Virus record (IMG/VR): IMGVR_UViG_3300017917_002937
Location: 21,172 to 85,171 of that record
DNA length: 64,000 nt
Strand: one strand, 5' to 3'
Source of the DNA: a virus
The translations under genes were made by a program, and so were the position numbers. Positions 36,590-47,743 of the stretch are shown here, piece after piece (the first letter of the stretch is position 1; the number at the start of each line of letters is the position of its first letter). The notes under the pieces were generated by a model that made no database searches, was not told where the DNA came from, and saw nothing but the letters and a program-made list of their open reading frames with translations.

Positions 36590-37807
36590 ATGGCATATAC
36601 AATAGTTAAAAGTGATGGGACAGTTTTAACGACCATTGCCGATGGGACAATTAATACAACAAGTTCATCACTTGGACTTCCAGGACGAAATTACGCTGGT
36701 TACGGACAAACATTAGACACAAATTTTGTACATCAATTAGAGAATTTTGCAGATACAGACCCTCCCCCAAATCCTCTTAGAGGTCAACTTTGGTATAATA
36801 CAAATAACCAAACACTTTATGTGTGCCCAACAGATGGAGAAACAAACAGTGCTAACTGGTCAGCATTAACTTCAACAACAAGTGGTGGAACAACAACATT
36901 CGGTGCTGTAACTATTACAGGGAATTTATTAGCAAATAATGGTACATTTACTAATCAAGTCTCTGCAAATTTAGGAACATTTGCTTATTTGACTGTAACT
37001 TCAAATGCAAATATAGCAGATGCAAATATAACAACCTCAAACATTGGTAATTTAACAACACAGGTTATAACAACAGGTGCCAATACCACCGCAGGTACAA
37101 TAACAGGTACATGGACAGCTAACGGAGGCTTATCAGGAAATACTGTTATATTAACAAATGGCAATTTGTTTATTGGAAATTCAGGAGGTGCTAACCTTTA
37201 TGGTGTACGCACTGACAAATACATGTATGCAAATGGAACACCAATTTCATTTGCTGGAACTTATAGTAATAGCAACGTTGCTGGATATTTACCAACTTAT
37301 AACGGAGTGGTATTAGCAAGTAATGTGACTACTCCTATATTAACAACAGGGGCAAACACAACACCAGGAACTGTTACTGGTAACTGGACATTAAGTTCAG
37401 GTTCAAGATTTAATGCTACATACGCTGACTTGGCTGAAAGATTTGCATCTGATGCAATTTATGATGCAGGCACAGTTGTTGAATTGGGCGGTGACAAAGA
37501 AATTACCGCTGTAAAATATGAATTAAGTGAAGATGTGTTTGGAGTCATATCACATACTGCTGCATATTTGATGAATTCAGGTGCAGGTGATGACGAAACT
37601 CATCCTCCTGTGGCAGTTAGCGGTAGAGTAAAAGTTAAAGTAACAGGAAAAGTATCTAAAGGTCAACGCTTAGTAAGTGCTGGTAATGGCATTGCTAGGG
37701 CAGCTAATCCAGGTGAAGCAAATTCATTTAATACTATAGGTCGTTCTTTAGTAAATAAAACAACTGTTGGTGTTGGCACAGTTGAAGCTATAGTAATTAT
37801 CAGATAA
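36590..37807 (+). CDS. Tail fibre/spike-like protein with a C-terminal intramolecular-chaperone (peptidase G2-like) domain
   Basis: N-terminal attachment-like GRNYAGYG...LENFA...GQLWY; beta-rich middle; C-terminal YADLAE...GTVV...GVIS...VAVSGRVKVKV..GQRLVS. Confidence 0.65.
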   Translation: MAYTIVKSDGTVLTTIADGTINTTSSSLGLPGRNYAGYGQTLDTNFVHQLENFADTDPPPNPLRGQLWYNTNNQTLYVCPTDGETNSANWSALTSTTSGGTTTFGAVTITGNLLANNGTFTNQVSANLGTFAYLTVTSNANIADANITTSNIGNLTTQVITTGANTTAGTITGTWTANGGLSGNTVILTNGNLFIGNSGGANLYGVRTDKYMYANGTPISFAGTYSNSNVAGYLPTYNGVVLASNVTTPILTTGANTTPGTVTGNWTLSSGSRFNATYADLAERFASDAIYDAGTVVELGGDKEITAVKYELSEDVFGVISHTAAYLMNSGAGDDETHPPVAVSGRVKVKVTGKVSKGQRLVSAGNGIARAANPGEANSFNTIGRSLVNKTTVGVGTVEAIVIIR

Positions 37808-37816
37808 GGATTAACA

Positions 37817-38767
37817 ATGACTTATGCACAATTTGGATTAATACAGGCTACAGATTATAATGCGTTAGTAGGTGGTAATCCTACTACCTCAAGCGGTACA
37901 TTAAATGCAGTATGGGCTACTGGAGGTACAACAGCTGGTTATGGACAAACAGCAGAGGCTAATGTTTCAGTTGGAGATACGGTTACTTCTACAAAATGGG
38001 CAAATCTTGTCAACTTTACTGCCAATAGTGCAAGTCATCAGGGAACTTCTATTACGTCGGTTACTGCTCCTAGTTCAGGTGGAACTATAACATATTTAAG
38101 TGCTATACCAACAAATTTAACATCAATTTATACAAGTCGTTTAAATGCTGCAACACAAGGATCAACCTCATCAAATGCTGTGTCATACGGAAGTACTTGG
38201 ACAACTGCAATTACATTTACACATACTGTAACATTTGCTAATGGCGATGCTGCTAGATATTTCTTTAATTCAGGTGGACAACTTAAAATTACAACAAGTC
38301 ATGCTAACAGTACAGCGGGAATTAATTTACTAATGAACAATCTTTGTAGCAATATTGGAACAGTTGTTCTTAGTGCTCCTACTTCTGGTAGTGTAACGAT
38401 TGCATCAACAAGTTATAATGGTATTACAAAAGTTGGTGGTGGTGGAAACGCTCCTACAATAAGCACAAATAATGGGTATTTTGCATTAACAACATCAAAT
38501 GCAAACGTGTTCACTCAAACCGCTAGCACTGGGCCTGCAGGATATCTAAGTACTTTTATACGAGTTATTGTAAAATCTAATGGTACTCAAGGTTCGAATG
38601 GTGATGCTGGAAGTGTTATCACAATCTATACAGTTTGGGATGAAGTGCCAGATGGTCTAACTGTTGGAACAGGATCAACAACTACTTGTACAATAACACC
38701 CCCTGAAAATGTATATTTACCTACAGCAAGCTGGGGAACACCTACTGTAACAGGTACTGTTGCTTAA
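37817..38767 (+). CDS. Virion structural (fibre-associated) protein
   Basis: Thr/Ser/Gly-rich; ARYFFNSGG motif; structural context. Confidence 0.5.
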   Translation: MTYAQFGLIQATDYNALVGGNPTTSSGTLNAVWATGGTTAGYGQTAEANVSVGDTVTSTKWANLVNFTANSASHQGTSITSVTAPSSGGTITYLSAIPTNLTSIYTSRLNAATQGSTSSNAVSYGSTWTTAITFTHTVTFANGDAARYFFNSGGQLKITTSHANSTAGINLLMNNLCSNIGTVVLSAPTSGSVTIASTSYNGITKVGGGGNAPTISTNNGYFALTTSNANVFTQTASTGPAGYLSTFIRVIVKSNGTQGSNGDAGSVITIYTVWDEVPDGLTVGTGSTTTCTITPPENVYLPTASWGTPTVTGTVA

Positions 38768-38792
38768 TTTTTTAAAATCAAAATAATACCAT

Positions 38793-38799
38793 CTAAATA
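38793..38799 (+). promoter_or_regulatory. Late promoter motif CTAAATA at the head of the tailoring cluster
   Basis: Intergenic, before the AGGAG RBS and ATG 38816. Confidence 0.55.
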
Positions 38800-38815
38800 C
38801 TCTCAGGAGAGTAAG

Positions 38816-39121
38816 ATGGATACAAACGAACTTATTAATGATTTAAAAATTAGGTTTAATCATAATTCTGCCAAAGACTATCTTAAAAACAAATATGAAT
38901 CAAAGTTAATTGTAGCTGACCAAGGGGGATTATGGAAAGCTACTATAGAAATTATTAGTTTTTTAAGCACAAACAATCAAGAGCAAATAGTTTTAATGGA
39001 CAGCTTTAATAATCCTGTTAAAGTTGATAGGATACTTCTATTAAACAAACTTACAAACATTTATAATCAAGTAACAAATGAATGGTACACAGAATGGTCT
39101 GAACTTGAAAGGCAACGATGA
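38816..39121 (+). CDS. Hypothetical protein
   Basis: Strong AGGAG RBS; ATGA overlap with the next gene. Confidence 0.7.
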   Translation: MDTNELINDLKIRFNHNSAKDYLKNKYESKLIVADQGGLWKATIEIISFLSTNNQEQIVLMDSFNNPVKVDRILLLNKLTNIYNQVTNEWYTEWSELERQR

Positions 39122-39921
39122 GTAAAGGCGTTTTATTATTTGCTTTTAATTCACCAAAATTTAATTATTTTGACATGGCAGTTCATACTGCTAAAAGAGT
39201 AAATTATTTTTTAGATTTACCTGTAACAGTTGTCACTGATTCACAATCAAAACCAAATAATGTCGAATATAATTTTGATCAAATTATTATAACTGATTCT
39301 GACAGTTCAAATAAAAGAGATTGGGGTATATGGTTAAATAAAGGTCGATACAAAGCATTTGAACTATCTCCTTACCATCATACAATTTTACTAGATACTG
39401 ATTATATGGTAAATTCACAAAAGTTATTAAAAACTTTTACTTTACCAACCGATTTTTGTTGTCATGACACTACCGAATTTTTAATGAATCCAAATGCAGT
39501 ACAGGAAGTGTTAAGTGTATATAGTTTTAAAACATTATGGGCAACGGTAATAACATTTAAAAAATCTAAACGATCCGAACAAATTTTTAATTGTTTAAAA
39601 ATGGTTCAAAAAAATTTTGAACATTTTGCATTAATACATGGTTTTATAGCTAATACATTTAGAAATGATTATGCATTAACAGTTGCTCTTAGAACAGTAA
39701 ACGGTCAAATGGCATTAAAGAGTGATATAATACCATGGAATTTGACACATATTGGTAAAAATACTAGTGTTTATGCTGATGATACAAGTTATAAAAACAC
39801 AAAGTTTAATGTTGTTTTTGACAGATGGCAAAGAGGTAAAGTTAAAAAAGAATATATTACTATAAAAGATTTCGACTTCCACGTCATGAACAAAGAAAAC
39901 TTTTTGGAGCTAATAAAATGA
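39118..39921 (+). CDS. GT-A fold glycosyltransferase-like protein
   Basis: KGVLLFA...LSPYHHTILLDTDY (DxD), RNDYALTVA. Confidence 0.6.
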   Translation: MSKGVLLFAFNSPKFNYFDMAVHTAKRVNYFLDLPVTVVTDSQSKPNNVEYNFDQIIITDSDSSNKRDWGIWLNKGRYKAFELSPYHHTILLDTDYMVNSQKLLKTFTLPTDFCCHDTTEFLMNPNAVQEVLSVYSFKTLWATVITFKKSKRSEQIFNCLKMVQKNFEHFALIHGFIANTFRNDYALTVALRTVNGQMALKSDIIPWNLTHIGKNTSVYADDTSYKNTKFNVVFDRWQRGKVKKEYITIKDFDFHVMNKENFLELIK

Positions 39922-40724
39922 ATAAAGGATATGTTATATTAGCACAAAACACGAAAGCAGTAAACTATGTAAAATGTGCAGAAGCACTTGCTTTGAGTAT
40001 ACACAACGTCATGCCAAACGCAAAGGTTTCACTAATTACTAATGAAAACGATGTAAACTTTTCTTTATTTGATAGTGTTATTCCATTGCCATATGGCGAT
40101 TTAGAACCTAACAGCGATTGGAAGCTAATCAATGATTGGCAAATTTATGAAGCAAGTCCATATGAATATACAATTAAATTAGAAGCTGATTTGTATATGA
40201 CAAAAGATATAAGTTATTGGTTCGATATTTTAGAACATAGAGATTTAGTAATTTGTACTACCATAAGAAACTTTAAACAAGAAATAAGTAAAGTCAGAGG
40301 TTATAGACGTTTTATTGACGATAATTATTTACCTGATGTTTATAATGCAATAACTTATTTTAAAAAATCAGATTTAGCCAATAAGTTTTTCAGTATTGTT
40401 AAAAATATTTTTGAAAATTGGAGTGAATATAGAAAACATTACAAATGTAAACCAGATGAACCAGTATCAACTGATTGGGCCTATGCAATTGCAGCATATT
40501 TGTTAGGTATCGAGAAAACTACAATGCCAGTCTTTACTGACATGAGTATGATACATATGAAAGAATTTATCAATGGAAATGCTACCGAAAATTGGACAGA
40601 TACATTTGTTTATGAAATTTTTAAAAATCAAATAAAAATACAAACAGTTCCGCAATTATATCCTTTACATTATCAAGTTAAAAGTTTTGCTAATAAATTA
40701 TTAGAGGTCCATAATGACAGATAA
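39918..40724 (+). CDS. GT-A fold glycosyltransferase-like paralog (ExD variant)
   Basis: KGYVILA...ASPYEYTIKLEADL and STDWAYAIA align with the preceding protein. Confidence 0.55.
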   Translation: MNKGYVILAQNTKAVNYVKCAEALALSIHNVMPNAKVSLITNENDVNFSLFDSVIPLPYGDLEPNSDWKLINDWQIYEASPYEYTIKLEADLYMTKDISYWFDILEHRDLVICTTIRNFKQEISKVRGYRRFIDDNYLPDVYNAITYFKKSDLANKFFSIVKNIFENWSEYRKHYKCKPDEPVSTDWAYAIAAYLLGIEKTTMPVFTDMSMIHMKEFINGNATENWTDTFVYEIFKNQIKIQTVPQLYPLHYQVKSFANKLLEVHNDR

Positions 40725-41058
40725 TGAAGATAGAGTAATTATTTTTGAAGCCCCTAAAATTATTGCACCTGAGTTTCGCTTATATTATAATGATAAGGGA
40801 GAAGTTATCTGTTACACCTGTCAAAAACTAGAAGGTGATAACTTTATAATTATTGATGCACGAACTTATGCTGAAGCAAGACCAGATGTAAAAGTAATTG
40901 ATGGTAAAATTTCAAGAAAACAAGCAAATGCAGTTGTTTATAAATTGATGCCTTCATTAGAAGGTACTTTATGTGCAACTGATGATATTAGTGTAATTGT
41001 TGATGATAGATATCAAGGAAACACAACCAATTGGAAATTAACTATATATGAGTTATGA
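40714..41058 (+). CDS. Hypothetical protein
   Basis: GAGG RBS; overlaps both neighbours. Confidence 0.65.
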   Translation: MTDNEDRVIIFEAPKIIAPEFRLYYNDKGEVICYTCQKLEGDNFIIIDARTYAEARPDVKVIDGKISRKQANAVVYKLMPSLEGTLCATDDISVIVDDRYQGNTTNWKLTIYEL

Positions 41059-41998
41059 TATTGTTGATGTAGCAGATTTAGATATTATATACTTAAGTTA
41101 TGACGAGCCACAAAAAGAAGAATTTTGGCTTAAGATTAAAAACATGGTTCCATGGGCTAAACGTGTAGATGGTGTAAAAGGTAGTGATGCTGCACACAAG
41201 GCTGCTGGGTTAGCAAGCGACACAGAAAGATTCATACTAATTGATGGTGATAATATGCCTGATGAATCTTTCTTTAATATACAACTAGATTTTACAGACA
41301 AAGATCCTAAATATAAATTGGCGCAATTTAGATGGAAAGCTATCAATTCAATTAATGGGCTTAGATATGGTAACGGTGGAATGAGTTCTTGGACAAAAAG
41401 TTACGTTGCTAATATGAAAACCCATGAAGCACAAACAGAAGGTGATATAACAAGAATAGTAGATTTTTGTTTGGATAGTAATGATAATTTATATTGGGCT
41501 ATGCATGATTGTTATAGCACAACATATCCCAATTATACACCTTTTCAAGCTTGGCGAGCTGGTTTTCGTGAAGGTGTAAAAATGTGTTTAAATCGCGGGG
41601 CTGTGCCTACTGTTGATGAATTTAAAGAAACTGTAGCAGGTCGTAACTTAAATAACTTAACGATTTGGCATAATGTTGGTTTAGATGCAGAAAATGGTAT
41701 ATGGGCTATATATGGTTCTAGATTAGGTACCTATCAAACATTGTTAACAGAATGGGATCCAAAACATGTCCAATGGTTTGATAATTATATAGAAACATGG
41801 CAACATCATAAAGATTTAGATCCCGAATTAGAATCAAATAACATTGGATCAATTTTGGCTAGTAAATTAGGATTACCAATTTGTACTTTGAGTGCTGACC
41901 AAAGTAAATTTTTTAAAAGGCATTATAATGCTGATAAAAGAAACCTAGGTCCCCTTATTACTGAAATGGAAATTATAAGAAGCATAGAAGGTTGGTAA
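41048..41998 (+). CDS. Glycosyltransferase-like protein (GT-A)
   Basis: IIYLSYDEP, RVDGVKGSDAAH, FILIDGDN (DxD), YGNGG, AWRAGFREGVKM. Confidence 0.55.
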   Translation: MSYDIVDVADLDIIYLSYDEPQKEEFWLKIKNMVPWAKRVDGVKGSDAAHKAAGLASDTERFILIDGDNMPDESFFNIQLDFTDKDPKYKLAQFRWKAINSINGLRYGNGGMSSWTKSYVANMKTHEAQTEGDITRIVDFCLDSNDNLYWAMHDCYSTTYPNYTPFQAWRAGFREGVKMCLNRGAVPTVDEFKETVAGRNLNNLTIWHNVGLDAENGIWAIYGSRLGTYQTLLTEWDPKHVQWFDNYIETWQHHKDLDPELESNNIGSILASKLGLPICTLSADQSKFFKRHYNADKRNLGPLITEMEIIRSIEGW

Positions 41999-43404
41999 TG
42001 AGTGAAAATCACGAACAAAAAAGAATTAAAGAAATAAAGATTAAAGTTGAAAACGAAGTTGGTCCTACCTTTTGTCTTGCTAAATGGCATCATGTAACCA
42101 TGTATTTACAAAGTGGAGAAACACATAGTTGTTATCATCCACAGCCACATAAAATACCCTTACAAGAATTAGAAAATAACCCTTCTGCATTACATAATAC
42201 ACAACATAAAAAAGAAGAACGTAAATTAATGTTAGCGGGTGGTAAACCATCAGGATGCCAATACTGCTGGAATATAGAAGCTATGGGTCCTGATTATATC
42301 AGTGACAGACATATAAGAAATAGCAGTATATTTACTGAAGAACGTTATCAACAAACAGCTTATGGTCCATGGGATCAAAATATTAATCCTGAATATATTG
42401 AAATTAATTTTGGAAATGAATGTAATTTTAAATGCGGATATTGTCATCCAAAATACAGTACAAGTTTTTACAAAGAAATTGAAAAATTTGGACCAGTTAC
42501 TGCTGTTAAAAATCATCGTTGTGATATAGATTGGATGAAGTTATACCAACGTGAAGATGAAAATCCTTATGTAGATGCATTTTGGAATTGGTGGCCTGAC
42601 TTACGTAAAACGTTAAATATTATACGTATAACAGGAGGAGAACCAACACTACACAGTAGTACTTGGAAATTTTTAGATCAGGTAGATATTGATCCCATGC
42701 CATGGCTAGAAGTAAATGTTAATAGTAATTTAGGTACTAAAAATATTTTAATAGAACGTTTGGCAAATAAAGTTAAAAAATTAACTGATGAAAATAAAAT
42801 AAAAAGTTTTAAACTATTTACTAGTATGGATACTTGGGGAGCTAGGGCAGAATATATTCGTACAGGATTAGATTTAGAAATTTGGGAAAAAAACTTTCAT
42901 ACCTATCTACAAAATACAAACAGTCCTATAACATTTATGATAACTTTTAATATCTTTAGTGTTACTACATTTAAGAGTTTACTTGAAAAGTTTATTGAAT
43001 GGAGAAAAATATATGGATGGTATGACGATCCAATTAACCCACAACATCGAGTAAGATTTGACACACCATATTTACGTGATCCTATACAGTATGATATGAA
43101 TTTACTTCCTAAAGAACAATTCATGCCTTATATGTACGAAGCATTAGTTTATATGAAAAATAATTTGGATGATAAAAGACATGATGCGTTTACGTCTATT
43201 GAGTATGAAAAATTTAAACGTGTTGTAGATTATATGGCAGAAACTAATTATGCTGAAGAAAAACTTATTGAAGGACGTAGAGATTTTTACAATTGGTTCA
43301 ATGAACTTGATGAAAGACGAGAGTCGGATATGCTAAATGTATTTCCTGAGTTATTGGATTTTTATAGGTTATGTCAAGAAGCTAACCAGTTAAATCCAAT
43401 TTAA
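41992..43404 (+). CDS. Radical SAM protein with an N-terminal Twitch/SPASM-like Cys domain; probable start at ATG 41998
   Basis: CLAKW...SCYH...CQYCW precede CNFKCGYC and TGGEP. Confidence 0.88.
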   Translation: MVMSENHEQKRIKEIKIKVENEVGPTFCLAKWHHVTMYLQSGETHSCYHPQPHKIPLQELENNPSALHNTQHKKEERKLMLAGGKPSGCQYCWNIEAMGPDYISDRHIRNSSIFTEERYQQTAYGPWDQNINPEYIEINFGNECNFKCGYCHPKYSTSFYKEIEKFGPVTAVKNHRCDIDWMKLYQREDENPYVDAFWNWWPDLRKTLNIIRITGGEPTLHSSTWKFLDQVDIDPMPWLEVNVNSNLGTKNILIERLANKVKKLTDENKIKSFKLFTSMDTWGARAEYIRTGLDLEIWEKNFHTYLQNTNSPITFMITFNIFSVTTFKSLLEKFIEWRKIYGWYDDPINPQHRVRFDTPYLRDPIQYDMNLLPKEQFMPYMYEALVYMKNNLDDKRHDAFTSIEYEKFKRVVDYMAETNYAEEKLIEGRRDFYNWFNELDERRESDMLNVFPELLDFYRLCQEANQLNPI

Positions 43405-43411
43405 CTAAATA
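43405..43411 (+). promoter_or_regulatory. Late promoter motif CTAAATA
   Basis: Intergenic, 18 nt before ATG 43430. Confidence 0.5.
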
Positions 43412-43429
43412 CTTCCTGACAGCTATTAT

Positions 43430-45247
43430 ATGAAATCAGTATATTTTTTTCAATGTCAGGAAGCTTATGGCTCAAGCATTTATTTACCATATTCTGCAGG
43501 GATACTATGGTGTTATCTTAATCAATTTAATGAAATAAAAGATAATTACACACTTAAAAAAGTTTTTTTTGAAAAAATTCCTTATTCAAATCATTTAGAA
43601 AAAATTATTAATCCTGATATTTGTTTGTTTAGTAATTATGGATGGAATACTACATATCAATTACAAATAGCCAAAATTATCAAAGATTTATATCCAAATT
43701 GCCAAATAATTGTAGGTGGACCTAATAGTAGACAAGATGAAGATTATATTAGACAACATAGTTATGTTGATATTTGGATATGGGGTGAAGGAGAAGAAAC
43801 ATTAAGAGAGCTATTAACGAATAAACCGTTAGTTACAATTAATGGAATAGCATATTTACTCAATGATAATTATTACAAAAATCCTATTAGAGAAAGAAGA
43901 AAATATTTAGATGAAATACCTAGTCCTTACTTAACGGGATTTTTTGATAGCTTTTTTAATGATTATGATTATAATTTTTTACCAATTTGGGAAACAGATA
44001 GAGGTTGTCCATATGCCTGTACTTTTTGTGATCAAGGTTCAGAGTATTTTACTAAACTTTATCAATTTGATATTAATAGATTATATAAAGAAATAGATTG
44101 GTTCGCAAAGAAGAAAATTGAATATGTTGAGTTAACTGCTAGTAATTTTGGTATTTTTGAACGTGATTTAGATATAGTGAAATATATTAAAGAATTACAT
44201 GATAATACAGGGTATCCACAAAAAATTAATGCAACATGGGCAAAAAATAGTCCAGAACGTGTATTTAAAATGAGCAAAATATTAGAAAAAATAAATAGGG
44301 GAGGAGTTACTTTAGCACTTCAAAGTAGTAATCAAACAGCACTTGATAATATAAAACGTTTTAATATTGTTAATGATAAACTTGAAAAAATTACCAATCG
44401 TTATATAAATTCAGGAATATTAACTTATCATGATTTTATTATAGGACTACCTGGAGAAACCTTAGCAAGTTGGAAAGAAGGATTATTATATGTAATTGAC
44501 ATGAACCCAGAAGGATGGATATTTGGACATGCTATGGAAGCATTTTTTAACACAGAATTTAAAGATCCAAATTACATTAAAAAATATAAATTACAATTTG
44601 CACATGTACCTCAAGTAAGTTTTTATAATTTTAAAAAAGAAGGTATACCAGTTGAAATGGGTGATTATGTAATAGGTTCATATAGTATGACTACTGATGA
44701 TTTCATCGAAGCACTTGTATTCAAGTATTTTATCGTTACGTATTATTGTTTAGGATGGGTAAAACATATAGCGGATACTTTACACAAAGAAAACAATGTA
44801 AAGCGTAGCGATTTTTTTATTAAACTTTATGAATGGTCTAACCAAAATAACTGTATTATAAAAATTGAATGTGATATAGTAAGAAATAACGTTAAAAATG
44901 TTTTGAAAAATAAAGATTTTTGGGGAAGACAGGTACATGGATCAAACGATATTTATTGGGAATATGAAACAGGAAGTTCATGTTTTATAGAAAAAGATAG
45001 AAAAAACTTCTACATGCAATTAGAACAATTTTTAAGTAAAACCTTTCCATATTGTAAATCAAAAGAGTTAGTAAAATACGCTGATTTAAAACAAATAAGT
45101 TTCAGTAGAAAATATCCATGTGTTGTAGATAACTATAAACTTAATGCAATAAATTATGAAACTTTTGAAGAATTTTGTAAAAATGTATATTGGTATGGAA
45201 AAAAGAAACAAGGTTGGAAAGTAAATATACTGGAAATGAATGAATAG
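43430..45247 (+). CDS. Cobalamin-binding (class B type) radical SAM protein
   Basis: LPYSAG, IIVGGP, GEGE and IPSPYLTG (B12 domain), then ETDRGCPYACTFC and IIGLPGET. Confidence 0.88.
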   Translation: MKSVYFFQCQEAYGSSIYLPYSAGILWCYLNQFNEIKDNYTLKKVFFEKIPYSNHLEKIINPDICLFSNYGWNTTYQLQIAKIIKDLYPNCQIIVGGPNSRQDEDYIRQHSYVDIWIWGEGEETLRELLTNKPLVTINGIAYLLNDNYYKNPIRERRKYLDEIPSPYLTGFFDSFFNDYDYNFLPIWETDRGCPYACTFCDQGSEYFTKLYQFDINRLYKEIDWFAKKKIEYVELTASNFGIFERDLDIVKYIKELHDNTGYPQKINATWAKNSPERVFKMSKILEKINRGGVTLALQSSNQTALDNIKRFNIVNDKLEKITNRYINSGILTYHDFIIGLPGETLASWKEGLLYVIDMNPEGWIFGHAMEAFFNTEFKDPNYIKKYKLQFAHVPQVSFYNFKKEGIPVEMGDYVIGSYSMTTDDFIEALVFKYFIVTYYCLGWVKHIADTLHKENNVKRSDFFIKLYEWSNQNNCIIKIECDIVRNNVKNVLKNKDFWGRQVHGSNDIYWEYETGSSCFIEKDRKNFYMQLEQFLSKTFPYCKSKELVKYADLKQISFSRKYPCVVDNYKLNAINYETFEEFCKNVYWYGKKKQGWKVNILEMNE

Positions 45248-46469
45248 AGAATTTTTATTAAATGAAAGTAAAACATTTTGTATGTTTCCATGGCTACATT
45301 TGAATGTTACCCCTAAAGGAGATATATACCCTTGTTGTAGTAATGATTATACAAAACCATATGGTAATACTAAAGAAATTACATTGAAACAGGCATTTAA
45401 TAGCGAAGGAATGAAAAAATTACGTTTAGATATGTTAAATGAACGTAAAAATGAAATGTGTAATTTTTGTTATAAACACGAAGAAGCAGGACCACATAGT
45501 TTTAGAAATTACAGTAAAGAACATTTTGGTAAACATTTTAATGAATTAGTCACCAGTACTAAACCTGACGGAACTGTAGATACATTTCGTATGCATTACT
45601 TTGATATTAGATTCAGTAATATTTGTAATTTCAAATGTAGAACATGCGGGAGTGAATTCAGCAGTCAATGGGGTCTAGAAATGAATAAAAATTATGACCC
45701 CAAACACCCTATATTAATTCATGCAGATGACAATCAAGGTAAATTATTAGAAGAAGTTTTAGAACATGTAGACCATATTGATCTTGCTTATTTTGCCGGC
45801 GGAGAACCTTTAATTACTGACGAGCATTATACAATATTAGAGGAAATGATACGTAAAAAAAGAACTAATGTTACACTACGTTATAATACAAATGCTAGCA
45901 ATATTAAATATAAAAACCATGATGTGTTATCATTATGGAAACATTTTAAACGTATTGAATTAAGTTGTAGTATTGATCATTATGGTGAACGTGCAGAATT
46001 GTTGCGTAAAGGCACTGACTGGGGTAAAGTAGAAAGTAATTTGCTTACGTTTAGGGAACTAGATTATGTAAGTTTTCAAATGAATACTGTTTTTAGTATT
46101 TTTAATTATTTAACTATTGGTGAATTTTATCAGTATTTAAAAGATAAAAATATTATACGCCGCGAAGATTGGTATCATAGTTTGTATCTTGCTGTTCATC
46201 CAAATTACTATTCTGCAAAAAGCTTACCCAAGTCACTTAAACCTTTAGCAGAAGAAAAAGCACTAAAATATGCAGAAAACAATATTAATGATGGTACGAG
46301 TTTGTCACGTTTAGTTAAGGATGCAGTGAATTTTGCAAATGATACTGATAGTTGGAGTGAGGTAAGACAAAAATTTTTAGGTCATACAAAATCATTAGAT
46401 AGAATACGCCAAGAAAGTTTTTGGAAAGTATTCCCAGAATTAAATAGATTACAGGATTTAATGGAATAA
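45240..46469 (+). CDS. Radical SAM protein with an N-terminal Twitch-like domain
   Basis: CMFPW...PCC...CNFC, then CNFKCRTC and AGGEP. Confidence 0.88.
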   Translation: MNREFLLNESKTFCMFPWLHLNVTPKGDIYPCCSNDYTKPYGNTKEITLKQAFNSEGMKKLRLDMLNERKNEMCNFCYKHEEAGPHSFRNYSKEHFGKHFNELVTSTKPDGTVDTFRMHYFDIRFSNICNFKCRTCGSEFSSQWGLEMNKNYDPKHPILIHADDNQGKLLEEVLEHVDHIDLAYFAGGEPLITDEHYTILEEMIRKKRTNVTLRYNTNASNIKYKNHDVLSLWKHFKRIELSCSIDHYGERAELLRKGTDWGKVESNLLTFRELDYVSFQMNTVFSIFNYLTIGEFYQYLKDKNIIRREDWYHSLYLAVHPNYYSAKSLPKSLKPLAEEKALKYAENNINDGTSLSRLVKDAVNFANDTDSWSEVRQKFLGHTKSLDRIRQESFWKVFPELNRLQDLME

Positions 46470-46471
46470 TA

Positions 46472-47743
46472 ATGAATACAATTCAAACTGAAAGTTTAGT
46501 AAAGCATGGTAAGTATTTTTGTGTTCTGCCATGGATTCACTTTCACTCATGGCCAGATGGTAGAGTAATGCCATGTTGTGTAGCAGATAGTAATATGCCT
46601 GTCGCAGACATGAAAGATGATGAATCTATAATTCAAATGATGAATAGTTCGGATTATAAAAAATTACGTGTTGCTATGATGAATGATGAACCAGTCGAAA
46701 CATGTAAACGTTGTTATGATTTAGAATTAATGGGTACTTGGACTATGCGTCAAAGTCACAATAAACGTAGAGGTCTTGAGTATGTAAATTATATAAGTGA
46801 AAATACTAATCCAGATGGAAGTTTAAAAAACTTTGAAATGAAGTACATGGATTTAAGATTTAGTAGTATTTGTAATATGAAATGCCGTAGTTGTGGTCCA
46901 GGTTGTAGCAGTCAATGGGCACAAGAGTTTGTTGACAGAATGGGTGTTGATGAATATGAAAAATATTTTAAAACTAGAAAAATTGTAGTTAATACCGCTG
47001 ATGAAATGGGTTTTATGAATAAATTAAAACCTTATTTAAAAGATGTTCTCGAGGTATATTTCGCGGGGGGTGAAATAATAATTACACCCGAGCATTATGA
47101 GTGTCTTGATTATTGGATAGAAAATGGATTAACGGATCAGGTTGAACTTACATATACAACAAATTTTAGTAGTTTAAAATACAAAAAAGATGTTGATTTA
47201 ATAAAATATTGGAAAAAATTTCCTAAATTAAAAATATGGGCTAGTTTAGATGCTCACGGAAAAGTAGCAGAGTGTATTCGTAAGGGCACAGATTGGAAAA
47301 AAATTGAAGAAAATATATTAATGTTAAAAGAAAATGTGCCACACGCAGAATTTCAAATAACACCTACGATTAGTATTTGGAATATATTTACATTTCCTGA
47401 TTTTTTTGATTATATGATTGAAAAGGGTTTTATTAATACAACAAGTAGTCCAAGATTTAATTTAGCTACGAACCCATGGTATGCAAATATTATGATATTA
47501 CCTAAAGATGTGAAGCATAGGTTAGCTGAATTATATAGAGTATATCAAAATAGACATCGTGATAATATAGATATACATAACGGATTTAAAATGATAATTT
47601 ATAATCTTACCGTTGGAGATGAAAACAAAGGTGGTATACAAGAATTCATACAATTCAATGAAGAATTAGATAGTGTAAGAAATGAAAAATTAATTGATGT
47701 TATTCCACAACTTAAAGAGGTGTTTGATTGGGCAAAAAGCTAA
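46472..47743 (+). CDS. Radical SAM protein with an N-terminal Twitch-like domain
   Basis: CVLPW...PCC...CKRC, then CNMKCRSC and AGGE. Confidence 0.88.
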   Translation: MNTIQTESLVKHGKYFCVLPWIHFHSWPDGRVMPCCVADSNMPVADMKDDESIIQMMNSSDYKKLRVAMMNDEPVETCKRCYDLELMGTWTMRQSHNKRRGLEYVNYISENTNPDGSLKNFEMKYMDLRFSSICNMKCRSCGPGCSSQWAQEFVDRMGVDEYEKYFKTRKIVVNTADEMGFMNKLKPYLKDVLEVYFAGGEIIITPEHYECLDYWIENGLTDQVELTYTTNFSSLKYKKDVDLIKYWKKFPKLKIWASLDAHGKVAECIRKGTDWKKIEENILMLKENVPHAEFQITPTISIWNIFTFPDFFDYMIEKGFINTTSSPRFNLATNPWYANIMILPKDVKHRLAELYRVYQNRHRDNIDIHNGFKMIIYNLTVGDENKGGIQEFIQFNEELDSVRNEKLIDVIPQLKEVFDWAKS

